From the NCBI GenBank assembly GCA_963662315.1, contig OY759353.1, forward strand, positions 3,136,001 through 3,200,000: a DNA stretch of 64,000 bases, read 5' to 3'. The stretch's first letter is position 1. Each line of letters starts with the position of its first letter. Positions 53,678-64,000 of this stretch are shown here, piece after piece. This stretch comes from Geopsychrobacteraceae bacterium. Its GTDB lineage: Bacteria > Desulfobacterota > Desulfuromonadia > Desulfuromonadales > Geopsychrobacteraceae. The notes beneath the pieces were generated by a model. It made no database searches. It was not told the origin of the DNA and saw only the letters and a list, made by a program, of their open reading frames with translations. Made by a program: the position numbers and the translations under genes.

Positions 53678-54625
53678 TCAGATTCTGATATCGATATGTG
53701 CCTCAGAACGGATGTCCTTTTCCCATTGCTGGTAACGGGCTTGGGATTTTTCTTCACGCAGGATCTGTTCGATTTCCCCTTTGACGCGGTCGAACAGATG
53801 AATATCGCCAGGGTTACGATCGACAACCTGAAACAGGTGTAAAGAGCCGTTGAAATTGACCGCCTCGGAAACATCCCCTTTATTCAGCGGAGCCAGGATC
53901 TCCTGCAGTTGGGGAGCCAGGTCGGTTTCGACCATTTCGCCCATATCGACGCCGTCGGCATTGTCGGTTTGACCGGCGAGAGCCGTTTCAAAGTCGGTAC
54001 CGTCAAGCAGCAACTGGCGGGTCACTTCAATCTGCTTGTGCAACTGGTCCAGTTGTTCCTGTGTTGCGTTTTCCGGGACGCTATAAGCGATGTGGCGGAC
54101 ATGAATTTTGGGTTTGACCCGGTATTCTTCAATGTGCTCACGGAAGTAATCCCTGATTTCGCCACTGGTCACCATGACCTTGCGGCTGATTTCGCGCCCC
54201 ATCAACTTATACTGCAGGATTTCTCCTTTTAGCTTATCGCGATAGCTGGCCATGGTCATCCCCTGAGCATTCAGTGCATTGACCAGAGCTTCTTCCGTCA
54301 GGTTGTTTTTACGCCGGACATCGTCGATCGCAGCGCTGAGTTCGGACTCGGAAACTTCAAGACCAAGTTCTTTGATCTTCTGTTCCATCAGCTTATCGTT
54401 GATCAGTTTATCGAGGGTCTGGGTTTTGACCTGGTCAAACTGAGCCGCCGTTAACTGGTTCTGATTCGACATCTGGCTCAGATTGCTCTGAACCGCCTGA
54501 TCGAGCTGATAACTGGTGATAATATCGCCATTAACCACCGCAACGATGTGGCTTAAGGTTTTTGCGCTAACAGGAGCAGTAAACAGCCAGATACCAAGCA
54601 GGGCCAGCATGAAATAACGCATCAT
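53678..54625 (-). CDS. surA: SurA-like periplasmic chaperone/PPIase
   Basis: Signal peptide, IVAVVNGDIIT, parvulin-like domain. Upstream of pdxA. Confidence 0.85.
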   Translation of the reverse strand: MMRYFMLALLGIWLFTAPVSAKTLSHIVAVVNGDIITSYQLDQAVQSNLSQMSNQNQLTAAQFDQVKTQTLDKLINDKLMEQKIKELGLEVSESELSAAIDDVRRKNNLTEEALVNALNAQGMTMASYRDKLKGEILQYKLMGREISRKVMVTSGEIRDYFREHIEEYRVKPKIHVRHIAYSVPENATQEQLDQLHKQIEVTRQLLLDGTDFETALAGQTDNADGVDMGEMVETDLAPQLQEILAPLNKGDVSEAVNFNGSLHLFQVVDRNPGDIHLFDRVKGEIEQILREEKSQARYQQWEKDIRSEAHIDIRI

Positions 54626-54651
54626 TGTCGTTCCTTCTATAAGATTAGTAA

Positions 54652-55608
54652 TCATTGGCGGGTGGTCGGTTCCAGTAACTGCCAATTAACGTTAATTACA
54701 GTTGATTTTCGGGCTGTTTCCAGCCACTCGTGAAAGATGTTTTCTTCCTGTTGCTGCCTGAGCCGCTCGTAGATTTCATCTTTGACAAGCACATACGGAC
54801 GAATGCCGGCCTGACGACGTCGTTCGACCAGGAACAGGTGGTAGCCATAAGGACTTTCTACCGGATCGCTGATCTGATCAACGGGCAGCTTGAAAAGTGT
54901 TGCATCAAATTCCTGCGGCAGAACACCTTTGGCAAAATAACCCAGATCTCCGCCATTTTCCCGGTCGGGGGACTGGGAATACTGCCCTGCAAGGGTTTCG
55001 AAATCAGCGCCGTTGCGAAACAGCTGGCGAACTTTTAGCGCTTCTTCGTGGCTACGCAGCAGCATTTGACGTGCCCGAACTTCGAGAGGACGACGGAATT
55101 CCTCTTTATGGTTGCGATAATAGTCTTCGAGCTGCTCCGATTCAATGGCCGGTTGCTGATTAACCAGAGCCGCCGTTACTTTGGCGGTTAGCAAGCGCTG
55201 GCGCAACGCCGCAAGCCAATTTTCGGGAGATTTCCCCTGCTCTTGCAGAAACTGGCCGAATTCTTCGCGGCTATACTGCCCCCGGACTTCCGCCCGGGCC
55301 GCATCGAGTTCATCAGGTGAGATGTCGATGTTAAGCAGTGCGGCTTGTGCGGCAAGCAATTCGCGATCAATCAGTTCCTGAACCAGGCGGGTCTTAATGC
55401 GCAGTTGATCCGTTTTTGTCAGCGTCTCCAGCTGGGGATAGTCCGCGCTGACTTCATGTTCAAACTGGGCCAGACTGACCTGGCGTTGACCCACTTCAAG
55501 TAATGGCGGCAATGCAGGCGCCGGAGGCTCCTGACAACCGCCACTGCTCAACAACAGAAAAAGCCCTGCAAGAAGCGCAAAATAACGCATTATTACTGCC
55601 TTAAACAT
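54652..55608 (-). CDS. PpiC-type peptidyl-prolyl isomerase (lipoprotein)
   Basis: ADFETLAGQYSQSPDRENGGDLGYF, ISDPVESPYGYHL. Confidence 0.88.
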   Translation of the reverse strand: MFKAVIMRYFALLAGLFLLLSSGGCQEPPAPALPPLLEVGQRQVSLAQFEHEVSADYPQLETLTKTDQLRIKTRLVQELIDRELLAAQAALLNIDISPDELDAARAEVRGQYSREEFGQFLQEQGKSPENWLAALRQRLLTAKVTAALVNQQPAIESEQLEDYYRNHKEEFRRPLEVRARQMLLRSHEEALKVRQLFRNGADFETLAGQYSQSPDRENGGDLGYFAKGVLPQEFDATLFKLPVDQISDPVESPYGYHLFLVERRRQAGIRPYVLVKDEIYERLRQQQEENIFHEWLETARKSTVINVNWQLLEPTTRQ

Positions 55609-55641
55609 TCAGAAAAAAACAGAAAAATCAGGCTATCACAG

Positions 55642-58600
55642 TCAGAAAAATGCTTGCAATTCTTTTCTGACGGTATTGACCAGTTCATCCTGAGGGAGGC
55701 GCCCGATGGTGATACTGAGGCGGAAGTCGGCGCCTAAACGGTATTTATCAGGCTGGCTGGTAAGCAACTGGCGAATCAGATCGGGAGAAATGGTGGTTGC
55801 CTCGTGGAACAGCAGGGTCAGGCGCTGACCATCATATTCGAGCAGTTCGATGAACAGCCGCTTCAGGATAATCCGTAAGCGCATGATACCAATCAGAGTC
55901 TGCCCCGCCTCCGGCAGTTCGCCGTAGCGATCGCGCAGTTCTTCGACCAGATCGAAAAGCTGTTCATCCTCTTCGGCGGCAGCCATCCGCTGATAGAACT
56001 GCAGTCTCTGGTTGGGGTCGGGCAGATACTTTTCAGCCAGGAAGGCAGATAGTCCCAGCCTGATTTCCGGGTCAATGCGGTCACTATGTTCCTGCCCGCG
56101 CAGGCGGCAGATAGTCTCTTCCAACAGTTCTGCATAAAGTTCGAAGCCGATTGCGGCAATCGGTCCGGATTGCTTGCCGCCCAGCAGGTCGCCAGCACCA
56201 CGTAATTCAAGGTCATGGCTGGCAATCCGGAAGCCAGCCCCGAGCTCAGTGAGTTCCTGCAGGATTTTCAGGCGTTCCCGCGCTTCCCTGGTCAGTGCTG
56301 CTTCGCCGGGGATCAGCAGGTAGGCGTAGGCACGCCGGTCACTGCGGCCGACGCGGCCGCGCAACTGATAGAGCTGAGACAGGCCGAAACAGTCGGCGCG
56401 ATTGACGATGATGGTATTGGCGCTCGGAATGTCGAGACCATTTTCAATGATGGTTGAAGCCACCAGCAGGTTACTGCGCCCCTCGATAAAATCGAGCATC
56501 ACCTGTTCAAGGTCTTTTTCGCTCATCTGGCCGTGGCCGACCGAGATTTTGGCTTCCGGAACCAACTGGCGCAGCTGGTCCGCCATGGCTTCGATGGTCT
56601 GGACCCGGTTGTGGACAAAATAGACCTGCCCGCCGCGGCGCAGCTCGCGCAGAATTGCCTGGCGCAGCAGATCGTCATCAAAGCGGGTCACGTAGGTGCG
56701 GATCGCCAGGCGGTCGACTGGTGCGGTTTCGATAACCGACAGGTCGCGCAGACCGGCCATACTCATGTGCAGGGTGCGCGGAATCGGCGTGGCGCTTAAG
56801 GTCAGAATATCAACTTCAGCACGCAACTGCTTGAGCTTTTCTTTATGGCTGACCCCGAAGCGCTGCTCTTCGTCGACAATCAGCAAGCCCAGATCTTTAA
56901 AGCGAACGTCGCGTTGCAGCAGGCGGTGGGTGCCGATGAGGATATCAACCTTGCCGGCGGCAGCGGCCTCCAGGGTGGCTTTGTTTTCTGCCGGGGAACG
57001 GAAGCGCGACACCATTTCAACGCGGATCGGGAAATCGCTCAGACGCTGGCGGAAGCCTTCCCAGTGTTGGCGGGCCAGGACCGTGGTCGGCACCAGCACA
57101 GCAACCTGCTTGTCATCGAGCACGGCTTTAACCGCGGCCCGCAGGGCAACTTCGGTCTTTCCGTAACCAACATCACCACAGATGAGACGATCCATCGGTT
57201 TTTCCGACTGCATATCGCTGAGGGTGTCCTGAATGGCCTGCAGCTGATCAGCCGTTTCCTCATGGGGAAAGGTTGCTTCAAATTCCTGAAACAGCTGATC
57301 CGGTGGTGAAAAGGCAAAGCCCTTGCGCAGTTCCCGTTTGGCATACAGTTCAAGCAGCTGGCGGGCCAGCTCTTCGACGGCGGCGCGTGCTTTAAGGCGC
57401 GCTTTCTCCCACCCCTGCCCCCCCATTTTGTCAAGTTTGGGGGTGTAGCCTTCGCCGCCGACATATTTCTGGATCTTTTCGATTCGCTCAATGGGCAGAT
57501 AAAGCTTGTCGTTGCCGGCATATTCAAGGTGGAGGAAGTCACCTTCGAGGGTACCGGTGACCAGGTGGGTCAACCCCAGGTAGCGGCCGATACCGTGATC
57601 GGTATGGACGATGAAATCGCCCTCGCGCAGTTCCGCCAGGCTGGCCATCAGCTGACGGGCCCGCTGGCGGCCGGTCTTTTTACGCCGGTGGCTGCGCTGA
57701 CCGAAGATATCTTCGTCACTAATGACGTTGAGTTTTTCTTGGGGGAGGAAGAAACCGCTATTGACCGGTCCGACGGTCAGGCGGATGGTTCCCGCTGTAA
57801 TCTTCGCCGGGGTAATGTTGGTTTCCGTCTGCAACTGGATATCATGGGCGGCAAGGAGTTGTTGCAGGCGCTCGGCCTGACTGCGCTGATAACAGACCAG
57901 CAGCGTCTTGAGGCCATTACTGCGATTGCTCTGGAGTTGTTCAAGCAGTGGCTCGAGGCCGTCCTTGTCCTCTTGGGGCTTGGCTTTAAGTGCAGCATTG
58001 CCATGACAACTGAAACGGAAACGTAGTCTGCCGTCGTCAAGCTGCATAACCTGCAGCAGGGGAAATTCGATCCGTCCCGTGGCCTGGGTCACCTCGGCAA
58101 CCTGGGCTGGTTCGAGGTACAGTTCCTGGCGCCGGACATGGATGGTTCCGCTGTTCTGCATGCGTGTTTCGCCATCGCGAATGTCACGGTGAAAGCGATC
58201 GATCTCCTGTTCGACGGCAGGCGGGTCGATAATGACCGGCTGACAGTTGCCCAGGTAGGCAGTCAGGGAATCGAGACCGGGATAGTTGAGGGGGAGCAGA
58301 AAATTCCGCCCGGGGGCCAGAATCCCTTCGCGCACTTCGGTCATGATGGTTTCACGGTCGCTGCGGGTAATGGCGAGTTCATCACAGCGCAATTTAAGCT
58401 TTTCTGCGAAGGTCTCAAGAAACGGACCGTGCAGGATCATTTCGCGGGCCGGGATCAGTTCCAGCTGCTCAATGGTTTGTGCTTCACTGCGCTGATTTTC
58501 CGGGTTGAAGGGGCGCATCCGTTCAATGAAATCGCCATAAAAATCGATGCGGATCGGCTGTTCGGCCGCTGGCGGAAAAATATCGATGATATCACCGCGC

Positions 58601-59127
58601 ACGGCAAAGTTGCCACGCTCTTCAACCAGGGGGACCGGCTGATAGCCGAGCTGCATGAAATTTTCCAGTAACTGCTCGCGGGGGTATTCTTCTTCGAGGA
58701 TCAGCCGTATGGAGACGGCCTCCAGAACCTGCCGCGGAATGATTTTCTGCATCAGGGCGCGGACCGGAATGACAAGCGCTTTGAGTTGCTGCTTCAGCAA
58801 CGCCGCCAAGGCGGCCATGCGATTGGCTTCAAGTTCCGGGTGCGGCGACAGCGGATCGTAAGGATTCAGCTCCCAATGGGGTAGCAGGCAGATGTCATCG
58901 GGACGCGAATAAAAGAATTTCAGTTCGTCGACCAACCGGCGTCCCTGTTCCTGATCCTCACAAATGATCACCAGAGGTTTGTCGCAGGCCGGCAGCAGCT
59001 TGGCCAGTACATAGGCAGCCGCCGAACCATGTAAGCCAAGTACTTCCAGCACCTGGGGCCGCTGACGCAGCCCGTCGCTCAGGCTGCTGATGGTCGCATG
59101 ACGCACATCCTGTTGTTCACTGTCCAT
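55642..59127 (-). CDS. mfd: Transcription-repair coupling factor
   Basis: CGDVGYGKTEVA, DEEQRFGV, QLRGRVGR, TRG motif. Confidence 0.99.
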   Translation of the reverse strand: MDSEQQDVRHATISSLSDGLRQRPQVLEVLGLHGSAAAYVLAKLLPACDKPLVIICEDQEQGRRLVDELKFFYSRPDDICLLPHWELNPYDPLSPHPELEANRMAALAALLKQQLKALVIPVRALMQKIIPRQVLEAVSIRLILEEEYPREQLLENFMQLGYQPVPLVEERGNFAVRGDIIDIFPPAAEQPIRIDFYGDFIERMRPFNPENQRSEAQTIEQLELIPAREMILHGPFLETFAEKLKLRCDELAITRSDRETIMTEVREGILAPGRNFLLPLNYPGLDSLTAYLGNCQPVIIDPPAVEQEIDRFHRDIRDGETRMQNSGTIHVRRQELYLEPAQVAEVTQATGRIEFPLLQVMQLDDGRLRFRFSCHGNAALKAKPQEDKDGLEPLLEQLQSNRSNGLKTLLVCYQRSQAERLQQLLAAHDIQLQTETNITPAKITAGTIRLTVGPVNSGFFLPQEKLNVISDEDIFGQRSHRRKKTGRQRARQLMASLAELREGDFIVHTDHGIGRYLGLTHLVTGTLEGDFLHLEYAGNDKLYLPIERIEKIQKYVGGEGYTPKLDKMGGQGWEKARLKARAAVEELARQLLELYAKRELRKGFAFSPPDQLFQEFEATFPHEETADQLQAIQDTLSDMQSEKPMDRLICGDVGYGKTEVALRAAVKAVLDDKQVAVLVPTTVLARQHWEGFRQRLSDFPIRVEMVSRFRSPAENKATLEAAAAGKVDILIGTHRLLQRDVRFKDLGLLIVDEEQRFGVSHKEKLKQLRAEVDILTLSATPIPRTLHMSMAGLRDLSVIETAPVDRLAIRTYVTRFDDDLLRQAILRELRRGGQVYFVHNRVQTIEAMADQLRQLVPEAKISVGHGQMSEKDLEQVMLDFIEGRSNLLVASTIIENGLDIPSANTIIVNRADCFGLSQLYQLRGRVGRSDRRAYAYLLIPGEAALTREARERLKILQELTELGAGFRIASHDLELRGAGDLLGGKQSGPIAAIGFELYAELLEETICRLRGQEHSDRIDPEIRLGLSAFLAEKYLPDPNQRLQFYQRMAAAEEDEQLFDLVEELRDRYGELPEAGQTLIGIMRLRIILKRLFIELLEYDGQRLTLLFHEATTISPDLIRQLLTSQPDKYRLGADFRLSITIGRLPQDELVNTVRKELQAFF

Positions 59128-59249
59128 AACCGTTCCACATAAGAAAAAGCGAAAGGGTGCACCTCTGGTACACCCTCTTATAACATTTGCTGACGAAGTT
59201 TATCCGTTACTTAAAACGAGCCTTCGGGATGCTGCAAAAATTAGAGAGA

Positions 59250-59392
59250 AATTTCTGATGCTGAAGCAATTAATTTTTCGTTGTGGCAAGGAAATCAGGA
59301 TCTTGCGCGGAGGCGTAGTGCTTTACGCCGCACAAGCAAGACCGCAGGTTGACGCCGCCACAGCGGAAAAGGGCTGCTTCGGGGACGAAATT
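59250..59392. repeat. Long nested-palindrome element (MITE-like or structured repeat)
   Basis: Nested arms aatttc/gaaatt, ctgaagc/gcttcgg, ttttcgttgtggc/gccacagcggaaaa, tcttgc/gcaaga, ggcgta/tacgcc. Abuts the nadA stop codon. Confidence 0.55.
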
Positions 59393-60309
59393 CAGTCGCG
59401 CGGTGCCGCCAGCATCCGCTCAAGACTCCCCTTGGCCTTAAGCCGTACATCTTCTGGTACCGTTACTGCCGGGGCCATATTCTGCAGGCATTCCAGCACA
59501 TCCTCAAGGGAGGTCAGCTTCATGTTGGGGCACACCAGTCCTCGACTGGGGATGATAAATTCCTTACCGGGATTGTCCTTTTTCAGGCGCCAGAGGATGC
59601 CGTTTTCCGTGCCGACAATGAATGTTTTGGCGGGATTGGTCCGGGCAAACTCATACATACCGCTGGTGGAACAGATATGATCAGCCAACTCGAGAAGATC
59701 GGGGCGACATTCGGGATGCGCCATGAACAGGGCGTCAGGGTGTTCTGCTTTGGCCTTGATCACTTCTTCGGTTTTAAGACGATCATGGGTCGGGCAGTAG
59801 CCGTCCCAGATGATACACTCTTTCTCCGGCACATGCTTGGCCATGTAGGCACCAAGGTTACGGTCCGGAACCAGCAGCAGCTTTTTAGCCTTAAGGGAGC
59901 GGACGACGCTGATAGCGTTGGAGCTGGTGCAGCAGATATCACTTTCGGCTTTGACGGCGGCCGACGAGTTGACATAGGTCACCACTGTCGCGTCAGGGTG
60001 TTGCTGCTTGAGTTCACGCAGGGCCTCCGCAGTAACCATGTCAGCCATGGGACAACCGGCATCAGTGCGAGGCAGCAGAATGGTTTTGTCCGGAGCAAGG
60101 ATAGCGGCGCTTTCAGCCATGAAATGCACTCCGCAGAAGACGATGACTTGTTTATCAGTCTTGGCGGCTTCCATTGATAACGCCAGAGAATCTCCGGTGA
60201 TATCGGCAATTTCCTGAACTTCATCGCGTTGATAATTATGGGCAATCAGCAGGGCATCTTTTTCAGCGGCCAGTTGCTTAATCTGCTGTTTGATTTGGTC
60301 TTGAGTCAT
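59392..60309 (-). CDS. nadA: Quinolinate synthase
   Basis: [40 protein letters not shown]. Confidence 0.98.
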   Translation of the reverse strand: MTQDQIKQQIKQLAAEKDALLIAHNYQRDEVQEIADITGDSLALSMEAAKTDKQVIVFCGVHFMAESAAILAPDKTILLPRTDAGCPMADMVTAEALRELKQQHPDATVVTYVNSSAAVKAESDICCTSSNAISVVRSLKAKKLLLVPDRNLGAYMAKHVPEKECIIWDGYCPTHDRLKTEEVIKAKAEHPDALFMAHPECRPDLLELADHICSTSGMYEFARTNPAKTFIVGTENGILWRLKKDNPGKEFIIPSRGLVCPNMKLTSLEDVLECLQNMAPAVTVPEDVRLKAKGSLERMLAAPRD

Positions 60310-60476
60310 GACTCACTCTCACTTGCTGTAACGTGTTGAGTTCTGATAAAAAACTGATTTTCTTGACAAGGAAAACCCAGGTTAACGACACAGGTCGAAG
60401 CGGTAAAAATAAATGCGAGTCCGGATCGTAGACCAAACCCCCTGATATGTCAATCTTTTGCCCAGTTTCAGGGCGC

Positions 60477-60505
60477 TTGACAGGGGGTGGTTAAGGGGCT
60501 ATTCT
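60477..60505 (+). promoter_or_regulatory. Putative sigma70 promoter for tatBC
   Basis: TTGACA-17-TATTCT. Confidence 0.55.
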
Positions 60506-60662
60506 CGCCGGGATAGCGCTGGTGGAACGGCTGGTTTCAGGCCGTATCTGCTGATTTGATAACGTCAATTTAGTAAATTTTTCAGGGCTCTGCACGAGTT
60601 GAACCGTGACATGATTCTGCGCGGTTATGAATCTGAAGAGCACTAAGCGGAGAACTGCTGAA

Positions 60663-61013
60663 ATGTTTGGTATTGGCATGTCCGAGATGATTCTTATTGC
60701 CGCTCTGGCATTGATTGTCATCGGACCAAAAAAACTTCCCGGACTGGCCCGTTCTCTCGGGCGTGGTTTTGCTGAATTCAAGCGCGCCACCAACGAGCTT
60801 AAAAATACCTTTGAAATGGAGATGAAGGCCGATCAGGAGCGTCACGACAAACCGCTGGTCAAGGCCCCGCAGGAACAAGCTGCTGCGGATCGCTTTGGCG
60901 ATCTGCCTGAAGCTCCGGAACCTGAGCCGGTAGCGGTAACCACAGGCAGCGACGAAACCAGCGAGGAAATGATCCAAGCACAAACCAGCGGGGAGCACAA
61001 AGAGCATGTCTGA
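60663..61013 (+). CDS. tatB: Twin-arginine translocase subunit TatB (TatA/B family)
   Basis: [26 protein letters not shown]. Overlaps tatC start. Confidence 0.88.
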   Translation: MFGIGMSEMILIAALALIVIGPKKLPGLARSLGRGFAEFKRATNELKNTFEMEMKADQERHDKPLVKAPQEQAAADRFGDLPEAPEPEPVAVTTGSDETSEEMIQAQTSGEHKEHV

Positions 61014-61767
61014 AGGAATGGCTTTAACCGAGCATCTCACGGAACTGCGTAAGCGTCTGATCATAGCAGCCGGGGCATGGCTGGTTGCTTTTCTCGCCTG
61101 CTACTCCTATGGTGAGAAAATATTTTCGTATGTCGCCGAACCGGTACGAGCCGCCCTTCCGGAAGGGAGTTCCCTGGTTTTTATCAATGCGACGGAGCCT
61201 TTTTTTACCATCCTGAAAGTTTCCGCTCTTGCCGGTCTGGTCGTCGCCTTTCCGATTATTATCTGGCAGACCTGGAATTTTGTGGCGCCTGGCTTGTATG
61301 CCCATGAAAAGCGTATGGTCATCCCCTTCGTGCTGTTCAGTTCCTTGTGCTTCGGCAGCGGGACCTATTTTGGTTTTACTCTGGTTTTTCCCATGGTCTT
61401 CACCTTTCTGGTAACCTACGGGACCAGTGTCGGTGGGGTTCAGGCGATGCTGTCCATGGGGGCCTACCTGACGCTGGCGACCCGCCTTTTGCTGGCTTTT
61501 GGACTCGTGTTTGAGCTGCCGATCGTGATTTTCTTTTTGGCCCGCATGGGAATTGTTGATCATAAGTGGCTGGCTCGGAACCGGAAGTACGCGCTACTGG
61601 TGGCCTTTATTGTCGGTGCGGTGTTGACCCCGCCGGATGTGTTTTCACAGGCCTCCATCGCGCTCCCCTTTATCATTCTGTATGAGGTCGGTATCATTGT
61701 CGCACGCCTGTTCGGCAAGAAAAAAGTTACCAGTGAAGATGAGGACGCAGAGGAAGCAGCAGTCTGA
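61006..61767 (+). CDS. tatC: Twin-arginine translocase subunit TatC
   Basis: [29 protein letters not shown]. Confidence 0.97.
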   Translation: MSEGMALTEHLTELRKRLIIAAGAWLVAFLACYSYGEKIFSYVAEPVRAALPEGSSLVFINATEPFFTILKVSALAGLVVAFPIIIWQTWNFVAPGLYAHEKRMVIPFVLFSSLCFGSGTYFGFTLVFPMVFTFLVTYGTSVGGVQAMLSMGAYLTLATRLLLAFGLVFELPIVIFFLARMGIVDHKWLARNRKYALLVAFIVGAVLTPPDVFSQASIALPFIILYEVGIIVARLFGKKKVTSEDEDAEEAAV

Positions 61768-61795
61768 CGCGTTTTGCATGAAAGATTTTATCCTG

Positions 61796-61828
61796 AAAAG
61801 CCCGGTTGTCATACTGGGCTTTTTTTTC
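61796..61828 (+). terminator. Intrinsic terminator after tatC
   Basis: aaagcccgg-ttgtcata-ctgggc followed by a T-run. Confidence 0.7.
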
Positions 61829-61903
61829 GGCACGGCTCCTGCTTGACAACAGAAAATGTGAACCGCAAGATAATGTGACATTTCCTCCTGGGATTATTTC
61901 TTT

Positions 61904-63394
61904 ATGCGCCTGACAATTAAAATCACATTTGCTGTTTTACTCGGGGTTGCGTTGATTTTTTCGGCCTACAGCTACCTGTCGATTCAACGTGAGCGTGAGC
62001 AGCTGAAAAAAAATCTGAGCCGGGAAGCGCGTCATATCGGTGAGAGTCTGCGGGTTATTGTGACGGAATTATGGCAGCAGCGCGGGGAAGCTCAAGCCCT
62101 TGATTTCCTGCAGCGAGCCAATCTCGGCTATTCTCATACTCTGGTGCGCTGGGTGTGGATATTTGAAGATACCCCGGCCAAGTATCGGCCACGGGTGCCT
62201 CTGGACCAACTTGACGACCTGCATGATGAAGAGACCGTGTCTCTATTGGCCGGTTCTGAGGATGGGCGTGATTTTCTTCTGACCTACCTGCCGTTACTGA
62301 CAACAGACGGGCGCTTAGGTGCCATAGAACTGTCAGAATCGATGGATGAAATGCACGATTATGTGCAGGAAAGTCTGCGCCGCTCAGCCATGGTTATCGG
62401 TGCCTCCATTATTTCTGGCTTGTTGTTCATGGGGGTGTTGGGGAGTATCTGGATTGATCGGCCGATGCGCAGAATCAAGGCTCAGGCCGAACTGATTGGA
62501 ACCGGGGATTTTACCACCAGCATCAATTTTAACGGCAAAGGTGATATTGCCGAACTATCGAGTACCATTGAACGGATGCGCGGCCAGTTGGCGGCAGCGC
62601 GTGAGGCTGAAGAAAGAGCCAACGAGGAAAAAATTGCGGCCCTTGAAAAGTTGCGCCATACGGAACGGCTGGCGACTTTGGGACAGTTATCGGCCGGCAT
62701 GGCTCATGAGCTGGGGACGCCGCTGAATGTTATCAGCGGGCGGGCCAAGTTGATCCGCAGCCCAGGAATGCTGGCGGAAGATATTGATCGCTCAGCACGG
62801 ATTATCGGCGAACAGGCCGAACGCATGACAGATATCATGCGCCAGTTACTCAGTTTTGCTCGGCGTGGGGAGTCGCGTAAACAGAATATTGATGTCAATG
62901 GCCTGTTACATGTTGTAGAGCCGCTGCTGGAGCCGATGGCTCATAAAAACAAAGTGGAGATGAAGCTGATTGCCGCCGATCAAACGATTCAGGTCGAAGC
63001 GGATCCTGGCCAGTTGCAGCAGGTTCTGCTGAATCTGATGCTGAATGGTATTCAGGCGATGCCGGACGGTGGTACCTTGACCATCTCATGCGCGCTCTGT
63101 GCTTGTGACAGTGTTCCTGAAAACATTAAACATCGCGAACAACCCTGGGTTTGTCTGACCGTTTGTGACCAGGGGACCGGTATCGATGTGAACACACTCA
63201 GTCATATATTCGATCCTTTTTTCACGACCAAGGATATCGGCCAGGGGACTGGATTGGGGCTTTCCATCGCCTATGGTATTGTTGAAGAACATGGCGGCTG
63301 GATAGGGGTCGATAGCAGCCCCGGCCAGGGGAGTTGCTTTACCGTCTATCTGCCCCATAAAACCGCAACTGAAACAGTAGAGAACTATGGATAA
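61904..63394 (+). CDS. HAMP sensor histidine kinase (NtrB-like transmitter)
   Basis: Two TMs, HAMP, AHELGTPL, NLMLNG, FDPFFTTK, GTGLGL. Confidence 0.93.
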   Translation: MRLTIKITFAVLLGVALIFSAYSYLSIQREREQLKKNLSREARHIGESLRVIVTELWQQRGEAQALDFLQRANLGYSHTLVRWVWIFEDTPAKYRPRVPLDQLDDLHDEETVSLLAGSEDGRDFLLTYLPLLTTDGRLGAIELSESMDEMHDYVQESLRRSAMVIGASIISGLLFMGVLGSIWIDRPMRRIKAQAELIGTGDFTTSINFNGKGDIAELSSTIERMRGQLAAAREAEERANEEKIAALEKLRHTERLATLGQLSAGMAHELGTPLNVISGRAKLIRSPGMLAEDIDRSARIIGEQAERMTDIMRQLLSFARRGESRKQNIDVNGLLHVVEPLLEPMAHKNKVEMKLIAADQTIQVEADPGQLQQVLLNLMLNGIQAMPDGGTLTISCALCACDSVPENIKHREQPWVCLTVCDQGTGIDVNTLSHIFDPFFTTKDIGQGTGLGLSIAYGIVEEHGGWIGVDSSPGQGSCFTVYLPHKTATETVENYG

Positions 63395-64000
63395 ACAACC
63401 TGGGAAAATTCTTGTTATTGATGACGATCGGGCTCTGTGCGAACTGCTGGAGGAAGACCTTGGCCGGCGGGGCCATCAGGTGTTCGGTGCTCTGAATGTT
63501 ACCACGGCGCGTGAGCTGCTTCATCAGCGTGAGGTTGATATTGTCCTGACCGATCTGAATATGCCGGGAGTCAACGGTATCGATTTTTGTGCCGAGCTGC
63601 ACGACAACCGCCCTGATCTGCCGGTGGTGATCATGACTGCTTTTGGGAGCCTGGAAACGGCCATTTCGGCGTTGCGGGCCGGCGCTTACGATTTTGTCAC
63701 CAAGCCGGTTGACCTTGATCTGCTGGCCATCTCCCTTGAGCGGGCGTTGCAGCACCGTTATCTGAAAGAGCGGGTCCGTTTGCTGAACGAGCAGGTTCGT
63801 CGTCAGCAGCCTGATGATGAGCTGATGGGCGAAAGCTCCGGTCTGCTTAAAATTAAGGAGCAGATTGTTCGGATCGCTGATCTGGATACATCGGTTCTGA
63901 TCAGTGGTGAAAGCGGTACCGGCAAGGAACTGGTTGCGCGGGCGCTGCATCGTCAAAGCCGCCGGCGTGATGGCCCTTTTGTGGCGGTCAACTGTGCCGC
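63387..64000 (+). CDS. Sigma54-dependent response regulator (NtrC/AtoC family), 3'-truncated by window edge
   Basis: MDKQPGKILVIDDD...DLNMP...GESGTGKELVARALH...FVAVNCA. Confidence 0.93.
   Translation, partial: MDKQPGKILVIDDDRALCELLEEDLGRRGHQVFGALNVTTARELLHQREVDIVLTDLNMPGVNGIDFCAELHDNRPDLPVVIMTAFGSLETAISALRAGAYDFVTKPVDLDLLAISLERALQHRYLKERVRLLNEQVRRQQPDDELMGESSGLLKIKEQIVRIADLDTSVLISGESGTGKELVARALHRQSRRRDGPFVAVNCA

Overview
Chromosomal window, most likely from a Desulfuromonadales-type deltaproteobacterium. This is inferred from the nadA-mfd-PPIase-surA-pdxA-uvrA and tatBC housekeeping block and the many Cache/sigma54 signalling genes. No rRNA, tRNA, CRISPR array, transposase or prophage is visible. 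The centre is a carbon-metabolism region. It holds a LacI-controlled fructose PTS operon (EIIA-HPr-EI fusion, fruK, fruA, gap), glpR/glpFK, a soluble transcarboxylase-like cluster, and a glpD-pyk-gap-(internally deleted pgk)-tpiA-eno run. Signals missed by the ORF track: (1) a 57-aa membrane peptide with an in-frame TGA and a SECIS-like hairpin, downstream of a Cpx-like two-component system; (2) an AhpD/CMD-like CxxU selenoprotein; (3) a stand-alone ~64-nt sRNA candidate with a near-consensus sigma70 promoter and an anti-Shine-Dalgarno loop; (4) two ~99% identical inverted gap copies whose recombination would swap tpiA-eno between the glycerol and fructose operons; (5) a perfect 48-bp palindrome that encodes a symmetric bidirectional promoter around a LacI operator. 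All calls come from reading motifs by eye. No database searches were run.
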